Assembly: GCA_028534125.1 (NCBI GenBank)
Contig: CM052817.1
Span: 63,180,001 to 63,244,000 of the forward strand
Direction of reading: 5' to 3'
DNA from: Lama glama
Taxonomy: Eukaryota
Length of the DNA: 64,000 nucleotides
Position 1 is the first letter of the stretch; each line of letters starts with the position of its first letter. The notes below the pieces were generated by a model. It did not search any database. It saw only the letters and a list, made by a program, of their open reading frames with translations, and was not told where the DNA came from. Positions 52,818 to 64,000 of the stretch are shown here, piece by piece. Position numbers and translations under genes: made by a program.

Positions 52818-53419
52818 AATACTGCATAGCTATGTAGCATTTCATCAGGATCCCTTACAGAGTCCATGAATTTTAATACTTTGAAAAAAAGAAAACTTCA
52901 TACATCATTATTCTGGTAAGTAAGTGAAATTCTCAACCTTTGAGGTCTTATGGGGGTACTTTTTTGGATTTTTCACAAAGAGTGAAGCAGCCAGGCGGGT
53001 GCAGTTCATCTTTAGACTCCATCCTCTGAAGTGCACATTTACCTACTCTTCCAAGGATAGAGGGATGAATGTGACAAGTGCACATTTCAGGTGCTGTATT
53101 TCACAATACCTTAAAAGATGCTTTTACCGTGGAACCTCAGAAAGCTGATGAGATGATTATTTGAGATCGGAGGACAGCTTTGTCTCATTCTTCCTCTTTG
53201 ACTAGAGGGCAAGAGTTCTGCATTACTCCAATAAAGAGCAATAAGGAAGTAAACACTTGTAGCTTTTCTCTCCACTTCTTACTTACTCTTTAACACTGTA
53301 GCTAAGGTTATTGTTACGTTGTTTAGTCCAAGCACTGTACTAGAGCCTAGGGCCTCAAAACAGGCAACTGTCCCATCCCCACACTTCTTCCATGTTGGTA
53401 AGAAGACAATGCCTCCTAT

Positions 53420-53600
53420 TCCAAAGCTTTTATATACATTAACTCATTTAATTTTCCAAACAGCCGTGAGAAGTATGTCTGTAATCATCTCCATTTTATA
53501 GAGAAGGAAACTGAGACAGAGAGATATTAAGTGATTTCCACATAGTCCCATAGCTACTCGATAGTGAAGGCAGAAACTGCATGAGTCTGGGACTCCATCT
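53420..53600 (-). mobile_element. MIR
   Basis: ctccattttatagagaaggaaactgagacagagagatattaagtgatt core. Confidence 0.75.
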
Positions 53601-55237
53601 TTCTCTCTTCAGCTTGATACCTTCTCATCAGGTGACCTGTTTTGTGAAGTGCACTGACACTCCACAAAGCTTGCTGACACATATACTTTTAAACTGACTT
53701 GTAGGTCCAGCTTTACCAAGAGGAGGTTTGAGGAAGAGGGAGAAAATGTGTTCCATTTTGGCTTTAGATTGCGACCACCTTCTACAGTATAACATTACTG
53801 GGAGTAATTGGCCCATCAAGAATAAAACCAATATCGAAATCCTCTTTTGGCACCTTGTATCTCTCCCTTTGTTTGCAAAACCCTGGACGGGAAGAATATT
53901 TAATTGGGCCCTCCAGCTACCAACAAATGAGATGAGAATATTGAACTCATAAAGTAGAAACAATTTATTTAGACATTACATACGCATACCATAATACACA
54001 GAAAATTATAAATAATGTGTGTGTGTGTGTGCGTGTATTGAATATGAATTGATTGTTAATTATCATGGTAGCAGGTAAGGTCCATCCTATCCAGGTCTTA
54101 TTTCTCTTTGTTAGTTTATTTAATTATTTGTTTTAATTTAGTCAGTGTTTATTTAATTCATGCTAAACTATAAATTTCTATATACCATCTAGAATGGTCA
54201 AAGAAGATTAGTATCTTGAGTTCAAGTTTTATGTACTGAAGAAAATTTGCTAATATATATACAATATTTTATATTTAATCTAATTTTAATATATATGAAA
54301 TTCATATTTATTTAAATTCAAACTTTAAATGGAAGCAAATTAATATCAATCATGTGTATATTCTCTATATAATGGCAAGAACCAAATAAACTTCATGCTG
54401 TTATGGCCAGTTTTATAGGTTATAGGTTAGAAATTAAGGATTAAAAATTGAGGCTAGAAAAAAATGCTCTTTGGCTTAAGAGCATATTAGTAATAAATGA
54501 TGGAGCCAGGAGTCCAAGACCAAAGACCATGCAACACTACCTCAGTGACGCAGACTTTATTTTACCTATTATTCCTATTTAATACTTCATGGTGACATGA
54601 ACTGCCAGAACTTTCAAAATGCAAATCTCATCTTAAATATCATATAGGGAGTGTATTTAAGATTGATAACTATCTGGAAGACTTACATTCACAGTTGAAA
54701 AATAATTACCTTCATAGTTGTTTACTATCTTTTAAATTTTACCTCCTCCTCTTGGGCTGGAGTAACTATTTACTTTTTAAAAAATGCTGTTATTCTAGGG
54801 TTTGGTAAATTAAACACTACATTATTATTGTGTGCACCTATTACATAGGAGGTGCCTGAATTCCTGTAATATTACTGCCCATTTATGCTTCTACAAGTCA
54901 GTACATTTCAAGTCTGATCCTTCTCTGGAGAAATTGAATGTAGGTAAGCATAGAGGGAATCTAGATGGCTTTTAGAAAGTTACTTTTGATCACATTTCTA
55001 AAATTGTCCAGAAACCCATGCTATGCTTTTTTTAAAGAAGTTCAAAAAAATAAGTAAGGAAAAGAAGATGACCCTTAAATCAATGCAAATTTCTTTAAAT
55101 ATCCACTTCAAATTAACAAAGTGCCTTTTGTTTTGTTTATAATATAAAATAAAAACTGTATGAAGCTAGTAGTTGCCATATGGGACAAAACCAAAGTTAC
55201 CACTGAGTCCCCAAGTCTCTAGGGGAAAAGATTGTTG

Positions 55238-55400
55238 TAGTCATCTCTTGGTAGCTGTGGAAGATTAGTTCCAGAACTTCCACCCCTTACCCCATGGATA
55301 GCAAACTCTGTGGATGCCCAAATCCCTTATATAAAAGAGAGTAGTACAGATGGCCCTCCGTATCTGTGGGTTCCACATCTGTCAATACAGAGGGCTGACT
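55238..55400. mobile_element. MER2/Tigger-type MITE
   Basis: ggatagcaaactctgtggatgcccaaatcccttatataaaa...ggccctccgtatctgtgggttccacatctg...agggctgact. Confidence 0.75.
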
Positions 55401-56904
55401 TACATCTTGAGGGGCCCCCTTTGACACGATGATATTTTTAGTAGAAAAGATCAGAATAGAAGCTAGTCCTAAGCAGTATTTGGTCTTTTTGTAGTAATTG
55501 CAAAACAATTAAAAATGTTGAAAGGCTGTAACTGAAGCTTTGATATGTTTATGGATGTAAGGGACACATCTTCCCTGAACTAAGACCATCATGCTATTGC
55601 ATGTAGGCCACCAAGCACACATTACATGATCACAGCTTTCAGCTGCTTCTGATTTAAGCTGAATTGGAACTAGTAACCTAGAAGCGAACAGTGTCATATT
55701 CCATTACTAAATGTCTTAGCTAGCCAGTTGCCCTCAGTATTTTTTCCCTTAATCATTTTTATTAGCAGCATTCACATTTTTACCATCAGACAATTGAAAG
55801 CTCTCAAGAATGTACCCTGACACAAATTATAGTTATTGTTTACACTACCTTCTTATAAAGACAGACTATCCCCAAGTGTGAGATTCACCTTGAATTATGC
55901 CAGCTGCCTTACTATTTCAGTATTTGTTCTTCTTTTTTTCTCTCTTACAGTCTATAAATGACATTAGATGTGGTTGGAATGACAAATGCCTTCTCGGCTC
56001 CATAAGCAAAGGTGAATTCAAGAAGGAACCAACAGGAACTTGTCCATCATAACCAGGGCAAACTGGCCCCAAATGTAGACTTATGTAAATTGATCCAAAA
56101 ATACACCCTCTGCTTTCATTTGATTATATATTTTTTCATTTCGCCTCAGTCTGTAAGAGCTCTAGAGTGTACAATGTAAAAAAATCACCCTTGCTTTATA
56201 TTTTATCAACAAACTAATGCAAAAAGGTGGGGGGGGAAAGGAACTAGTGCTCTTTTCTTTTGGCCCTATATATTTTTGTCTATAGTGAAATTTCTGGGAC
56301 TGCCTGACATGTCTATAGTGATCTGTGAAATAGAATGCCCAGATAGATAGGGAAGTAGATCAATAACGCTTTAACAAAGAGAGTGCTTCATGAAGACACA
56401 CGGGTACATAATTAAACATAACAAACATTTCCCAAGGACGGATCTCTCAGCTCAACAAAATCAAACTCACATTCCCTTGTGCTTTACTCTGATGAGAACT
56501 TCATAACTTTGGAGTGCTGTAAAGGGATTTAGAGGACAATTGTGATAGCTATTTATAGAAAATGAAAGACACCCAGCTTAGCAATTAACCTGAACCAAAA
56601 TGACTATGTTTAGAGGAAATGGTATGGACAGTATAAACACTAAAGGATGATCTACTTGGGCAAACAGTTTGTACTTAATTTCAGTCTTTGAGGTTTCATT
56701 TTTTTTTTCAGAATTCCTGTAGTTGACATTCATTGTAATTACAAAGTTAAAAATAGGCTTTTTTTCTCATAATAAATCTATAAAGATGAAGCTATTGAAA
56801 ACAATCTTTTGCTTTAAGGATAATTTATATTGATACATCACATTTCTTACAATTGAAGTTTTAGGGGCAGTGATACATAAGAATATTGACTCCACAAAGT
56901 GCAT

Positions 56905-57350
56905 TTCTTAGTTTGGGTCCCTCAAAAGCAGATGCTAAAGCAAATATTTGGACATAAGTTATTTATCTGGGAGGTGATATTAGGGAACACAGTGAAGGAG
57001 TGAACAAATGAGAAACAAAAGGGAGGGCAGTCATTAAAATTTTATTAATGAGTGGATTACTGCTGTGGGAAACTGAAGCTCAATCCTGCTCTGGACCCTC
57101 AAAGAGATTTTATAGAATTATTGCACCAAGGGAGGAATGCATAGAGCTATAAACCCACTGCTACTCATTGGTTGAGAGGCACTCCTGGTGGCATTAAGTC
57201 CATGCCAAACACAGTCCCAGGGCCAAAGACTGGCCCAGGAAAAGGAGAGCAGAAAGCTGTAGGTCTGAATAAAATTTGTCTTCCAGAACAGAACCTGACT
57301 TCAAAGGTAGGCTGAGGCATGAGAGGGGCACCCACTTTGTCAGCTATAAT
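56905..57350 (-). mobile_element. ERVL LTR (LTR16/LTR33-like)
   Basis: ttagtttgggtccctcaaaagcaga...ttatttatctgggaggtgat motif. Confidence 0.65.
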
Positions 57351-60300
57351 GCATGTGGAAAATCCTAAAGCAATGGAGAATCCTACAAAAGAGACAACTA
57401 CATAGATGGGTCATATTTTTAAAATTGAGAGAGCACTTAGAAGTAGCTGTAAAAGAGGGTTACAAGCTTCCATTCTCCCAATGTCATTGTCTCATCTACT
57501 TAAAATTTTGATGGGTAACTACTCCCCCGTAAAGAGAAAATTCTCTTTAACACTTTCTTCTTTGCTACATATATGACAGTCATGATGTTTGTTGCTCACT
57601 AAGTACCATTGTCAAGCTGTCGGCTCCATTTACAAAGGCAGTTCATTTTGTAAATATGTATCACTTCAAGCTCATGGGAGGCTTGAAGTGATTTAAACCA
57701 GCACACACAAGTATAGGTGTCCAGGCCCCCATTCCCTACCTTTGGAGTTTAAGAGGATGCAGGGACATTCAGTAGGTAGGGCCTTTTGTTCTGGAAGGGT
57801 AGTTCAGGTAGTATTGAACAAACTTTCATGGCTCAGGAAGATGTCAGTGCCACTGTGAGAACAATGAGAGATGTTCTGACTGCTGTGAAAGGAAAGTCTT
57901 TTTTGAATAATATTGAAAAGAACTGCTGTTGTGCTTCCTCAGCACCAGAATGTGATGTCGATACTCCTGGGATGGTCTGGGACACTGGCTTGTCTCCCAC
58001 ATGGCTCCCTGGATGCCTGTGATGAGTGGTTGTGACCTGGGTGGAGAGAAGACAGTAACCCACTTCAGATTTCAGTCATGTCCACAACAGGGTTGTTCCT
58101 CTTCTCTCTCCTGCAGAAGCCCAAGTAGTTCTGTCCCTTACTATAGTGTTCACTCAGTTTCTTCCCTTGATTCTTGGAATTTTTATTTCTTGTGGGCATG
58201 AAGGAAGGGCAAGTCTGGCTGCCCTTCTCATTTTATTTTTGTGGCGTAATTCTCATCACTAGCGATTTTAGGGCCTAGACATCTGGGTCTTACCTAGTAT
58301 AGCTCTTGCAAATCCAAAGCCTTAACTTCAAAGCTTATATTTGGAAAATAAAAACACCAAGCTGCTCTCCTTGGTCTCAGATTCTGCTTTGGCGTCTGTT
58401 ACCTGAGACTGGCCTTTAGAGTGGCCTAGCTAGCTGAGCCACAGGTAGGGGGACACCAAAAAAGAAAATTTCAAATAATATTTCAGAGTTTTATCCTCCC
58501 ATAAATATCACCTAAAACCTAGAATCATAAGCAATCACTAGATACATTACAGACACTATGTAATAATAATAACAAATACATAAACAGGTATGCATTTAAA
58601 TTGTTTGGGTCAGAGTTATAATTTACTGTGATTTAGCTGCCGATATGATTAGACTTCAATTTTATATTAATGAACCAATGTACTTGAAATAAAAATGTAC
58701 TTGAAATAAAAGACCACACATACCTTTGATAAAAAAAGATCCATATTCCACAAATACATTTTTCTTACGAGTTGAAGGTAATATACAGGTTTGCAAATTT
58801 GTTTTCACTATACTAAGTTATGTACAATATATATGACTTCTTAACTTTTCTGTTAAATTATCTGCTCTTCCTCTCACACACACACCACTGCACACACACA
58901 CTATAGTAGTGCACATGAGCAAAACAAAACTAAACTTAGTATAATATATGCTGCATACCCTATAAATTAGATAGTATCTTTAGTTGAATCATTCTCTTTT
59001 GAATGAACTGTAATGCTTTAAGGGTTTTCCTGGTCTCTCCATACCCCTATGTTCTTATAGTTTCTTTCTAGAATGGTATCTGGATATATAGAACCTGTGG
59101 TGTCATATATGATGGGAAGGAGCAAGGGTAGGTCTCTGGAAGCCCTTCAATCCAGGCAGTTCTCAGATTCCTCAGTGGTGTCCACTTAAGTGTAACTGGT
59201 CTGTGCTGAAAACCAGACTGGTGACAGCTGAAGCCCCACTGCTCTTCCCTTCAGTGTTCTACAAGGATTTGCCGGTATAATCTCCAGGATGTATATCTCA
59301 GAGCCTGATTCTAGTCCCTTGTCAGTAGGGCAGGCTGACCAGGTCCTGGGGTGTGATCCCCCTGGGCTGTGTACCGCCTGAGATCCAGCTGTGTTCCTTG
59401 TGTGTGTCTCACTCGGGCTGTCTGCCACACAGCCCTTGGCTTCGGTTCACTTTGCCTCTCTGTAGCAGACTCCTTAGTCAAGATATCCAGTCAGTCTTTT
59501 CACTAACACCCTTAATACACTCTGAGACATCGTCTAGCTGTGTGTATTCCAAAGAGAACTTGAGAAACTTAGGCCCTCCATCTTCCCTATAAGATGTATC
59601 ACTGAATTTATTGCTTATACTTGTATGACAAGTGCCTATGACATATTTTCCTTCCGGACTCCAGAGAAGGAAAAGAGAAAGCCCCTCAGCCCTCAGGATC
59701 TCCCAAATCTGCATAGATATTTCTATAGATTGTATGGTTATAAGTTTATAATGTTGGATACAAATATTTCTGTGCTGACAAAAGGAGTGGTGAGCTGTCA
59801 GAATTTGTTATTTTAGAATTTAAATTCAGCAGATTCAAGGAGTGTGAGTCTGTCTAGTTTGTTGCTTCACCACATCAAAAGCAACATATAATAAGTGAGT
59901 GCTTCGTAAGTATTTATTAAACAAATAAATGAATGAATAACAGTAACTTACGATTTGCTGAAACTGTGCCTGAATGACACAGGACTTTCTTCAGAGGTAA
60001 AGAAGTTTACTTGTGTCACAGTGTTCTTTGCCCTACCTGGGGTGTGTTTTTCATGGATTGTTTCACTAAAATTTCCTTTGAGATGTTTAATAAGAACTAG
60101 CAGACTTACTGTGAAAGACTCTCCAACAGAAACTAAAAATGGCACTGACAACAGCATTTGCATTGGTCACTGGCACCTTCAGAGCTTTTGAGAATGGCAG
60201 TAGGCACCCAACGTGCAGATATTTGCTTCTTCAAACTCAGGCATGAGCAGCCACCATTAAGATACGTACAGAATGACTGTGGACACTGACTTTTTATCAC

Positions 60301-60633
60301 AGGGCATCAGCAGTGCTGGTAGAACTTTGGGTAGCTAGTGTCCACATCACAGCAGCACTTTCAGTGACCATTGCCAATACTGTTGCTACTTTCACTATCA
60401 GTGGCAACAGAGTACATTCACATGCAAGATAGAAGAAGAAGGGAGGAAACTGAGAACTTATGTGGGAGACTGGGGGACTGGTGTGTGGAAATTATCAGAG
60501 GCTTTAAAGAGGAATCTGAGGATTTTTTTAAGAAGGTGAGAGAAAGAGCTAGAAAGGCATTTTATGTTTTATGCTTATAATTATGATCAAGTTTATTTTA
60601 GAAATAAAGAATGAAATGACCTAGAAATCCTCA

Positions 60634-60645
60634 TGTATGTGTGTA

Positions 60646-60682
<37 letters not shown>
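60634..60682. repeat. (TG)n microsatellite
   Basis: Interrupted, then perfect, TG run. Confidence 0.95.
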
Positions 60683-60683
<1 letters not shown>

Positions 60684-61591
60684 CATGTACCCTTCATAGC
60701 GAACACAGCAAATTCAAGGTTTTCGTCCAGTTATACTTCTGTAAGTCCTGGGAGTCTCTTTAATTCCTGAAGCTTTCAAAGACTATTTTATCATTTTAAT
60801 TGAAGATATCAATACTTCCCTGCTTGCCTCACATTCTTGTTGTAAGAATAAAACAGGGCAACGCTTACAAAAGTGCTTGATGAATTGTAAAATGCTTTAC
60901 AAATGTAAGAATTATTATTTTCCAAATGTAGTGAATAATGTATTGAATAGTTTTGTAACGAGGAAGAAACATGCAATCAAACCAGCTTCAGAATAATGGA
61001 ATGGCATTTTCTGAATACAGCAAGATCATGGATCTCAAAGTCCATGAACCAGGCCTCAGAACCAGGCCTCATGTGAGTAGGAACTAGACATGGAAACATT
61101 AAATATGAAAGCTCTTCTGTCACTTCTCTAGAGTCACAGGATTTCTTTTAGTGCTCTGCTTTCTATAAGTCTATCCCATTTATCTCTCTGCTGTTTTTCT
61201 CCCTCATAACCTCTTGTTACAATGCCTCATACTTGCCTCTGCAGTTTTTACTTTATTTTTTCTCTCTTTTTCTAAACTCAAGCACACACTTACCACTGTA
61301 ACTCCCTCCTGTCTATCTTTCAAATTTCTGAGATAGAGATCTGATTGAACTTGCTCTTCAAGATGAAAAAAGCCACATAAATCATGAGCTATCAGTCAGT
61401 CTGTCCATTAGCTTCACTTAAATCGGAGTTCCTCAGTGGTCCTATTATCTGTAACTGGAGCCAAGGTGCCCCCTGCCTACTTGCAGTAGCTGCAGTGAGA
61501 GGCAAGTTCTTTGAGAAGAGGTTAGGGTAGAGCATAAAATTTACAACACAGATAAAGCAAAACTGTTGCTAGATCACTTGTGTGATCTAGA

Positions 61592-61896
61592 GGTTCTGTC
61601 TGGGCTGCCATAACAAAAATACTATAGGCTGAGTGGCTTAACCAAGAATTTATTTTTCATAGCTCTGGAAGCTGAGATCAAGGCACCAGAGGATTTGGAG
61701 TCTGCTGAAGTCCAGCTTCCTGGATCGTAGATGACTGTCTGGATTCTTTTTTATATAAAGGCACTAATCCCATTCATGGAGTTACACCCTCATGACCTAA
61801 TCACCTCTAAAAAGTCCCGCTCCCTAATACTATCACATTGGGGGTTAGGATTTCAACATATGCATTTTGGGACAACACAAACATTCAGTTCATAAC
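61592..61896 (-). mobile_element. MaLR LTR (MLT1A-like)
   Basis: gggctgccataacaaaaatactataggctgagtggctta...acacaaacattcagttcataaca. Confidence 0.85.
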
Positions 61897-63889
61897 AAGA
61901 GAGTAGCAATGAAGTAACATGAAAGCACTGGATACTGGGCACAGTTGTTACAGTTACAGACGAAAAGCATAGGCAAAGAAAGTTTAGAAAAAAGAAAGAA
62001 CAGTTTCACCAACTTTAGAATTTTGACTAGGTCTGCCTCTGAGTATTACCATTTCTACTGAATATTTAATTACTTTTAATGACATAATGAATGGGTATAC
62101 TGATGTAGGGAAATGAAACATAAACTAAAATACAAGTTTTTAATATGATTTTATAAAGTTTTATAGAACTTCAGGGTGGTATCAGATTTGCCTAACTGAT
62201 TATGTTCTATTAAAGTGCATCTGCATTTCTTGAACATACACATTAATAACCTTATGGAACCCACATTTTTTTTTTTTGGTGCATAGAACAAACATTCACA
62301 CACAGGTGACTAGCATTACAATGCAATTAAAGTGACATTTGATGGAAGATGCCAAAAAATTTACACATGATTTTATTTTCTGACAAGCATTTAACATTGA
62401 GATTTCTTTTTCTTATTTTTGCTTCTTCTTTCCTGCAATATTCTTGCTTTTCTTGTCCCTGAGGCTTTTTGATTGAAGAGAATTTGCCTTGTTGCTTTGC
62501 ACGTTTAAGTGGAAACCAGATCCCATTGATTACTTTGGGTTGACAAATGATACAAGTGTTAGTTATCCTTTCTGTCTCTGTGTGTGAAGCCCAGATGCCT
62601 TATGTCATTGTACAAAACTGCATATGAAATCAATAAACTCAGGGAAAATGGCTATAAAACCACAATTCTTTAAGTCAAGGGAGAGTAAATTGCTTGTGCT
62701 GCCCAGATAGTTTGGAATTTGTTGCCTGTTTCCATAAGAGAGATTTTCTTTCCAATAACTTCAGGCTCAGGAATTATAGTTAGTCACCATAAGCCTAAAA
62801 GTCTGATGCATTAATCTTTATATGTGTTCCTTTCCATTGCATCTTGCCTTATTTATGGAAATCATTTTGCTAGAGTAATACCATAAACTATACAACTTGT
62901 TTTCATGAGGAATTGAAGTTTTAAAAAATAGATCAAAATAAAACTAGTGATGAAATACCATTTGAAAAGTACCCTGAAGAAATTACTATTTATTGGTTTT
63001 GATAAATACTTCCCAGATTTTCTTCAAGATTGAAAGTTTGGCTGTATTTTTAAATCATCACTTAACACTCTAGTGATTTTTTTGAAGTATAATATTTTGG
63101 ATCATCACTTTTTTTGTTCTAATTCCGGACCTACCCAATGGTTTTTATCTTGTACCACTTAATCTTCATGAAGCAACACCTATGAGAGCTTATCATAAAA
63201 CAGAGCATGTGCATGTGATAGGAAAGGTTTTCAAAATTATATTCTTTCCAAAATCTTCAAAAAAGAAAAAAACAGTATCTAATTGAAGTTGTGATTGTAA
63301 AAATGCTGTTCACACAAATATGAATTTGTTTTATTAAAATTTCAAATGTAAAAACTCTCAGAGCAATAAATGCTTTGATCAGTGTCTTGGTAGTGTCACT
63401 AATACATTTCCAGTTGCTGCAAATGTCTTCTCACTAAGATGTCCATTGTTCTAACCACCTCAGCATATGGACTTGGCAATATGAATTTTAATTAAAACAC
63501 ACTGAGTAACTCTCATGAGTGAAGAATCTAATCCATATTGGCCTGGGACCCAGGCCATAAACTTTTCTATCAAGTGGCAGATCAATGTGCCTGATAGTCA
63601 TCTTATTATTAATCGATAATTATAATCTTATTATTAATATTATTAACTTAATAAGTTAAACTAATTTTATTTGTATAATTGCTATCAAATGTATTATCAA
63701 TTATTTACTGATATTTAAAGATGAATTCACAGTTTTTGAAAGAAAGCTATTAATAAATGCAGGAATCCAGAGACCCACACATTCAGAAAAAAACCCGGTT
63801 ATTAAATAAGAAAAAAGTAGCAATAATCTAGATTGTTAATTCTAACAAATTTTAGCTAAAAACAATAATTTACATTTATTTACAGCTTA

Positions 63890-64000
63890 CTAAATTCCTA
63901 GCATACTATGAATTTTTTACAACCATCTTTTCATTTAATCTTTACAGTAATTCTATACGGTAGGTATAGATATCTCCATTTTACAGGTAACAAAATGAAA
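63890..64000 (-). mobile_element. MIR, running off the window edge
   Basis: ttcatttaatctttacagtaattctat...ctccattttacaggt. Confidence 0.65.

Noticed and set aside
58677..58710. 17-bp tandem duplication aatgtacttgaaataaa
   Set aside because: Ordinary slippage duplication with only two units.
61569..61590. 9-bp hairpin ctagatcac/gtgatctag
   Set aside because: A few isolated stems of this size are expected by chance in 64 kb.
1..64000. CRISPR arrays, operons, rRNA or other prokaryotic systems
   Set aside because: The sequence is mammalian (L1/L2/MIR/MaLR content, CpG depletion). I saw no regularly spaced repeats or dense ORFs.

Overview
AT-rich, repeat-dense placental-mammal genomic DNA with no intact protein-coding gene that I can recognise. 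It is most likely camelid (alpaca/camel), judged from a tRNA-Ala-like SINE and the young L1 3' tails. Most of the window is transposon debris: L1 of several ages (a nested L1 cluster spans ~34.3-50.9 kb), L2, MIR, MaLR/ERVL and ERV1-type solo LTRs, and hAT/Tigger MITEs. There is one 500-N assembly gap. The main non-repeat feature is a ~0.9 kb CpG island (19.0-19.9 kb). Its minus strand carries a frameshifted, bZIP-like coding remnant: a basic-region-like segment, a clean 4-heptad leucine zipper, and a long Pro/Ser/Thr-rich tail. The second notable structure is ~2.1 kb of older genomic DNA embedded in the 3'UTR of a younger TSD-flanked L1. Repeat family names come from recalled consensus motifs, not a database search. 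Boundaries without stated TSDs are approximate (tens of bp).
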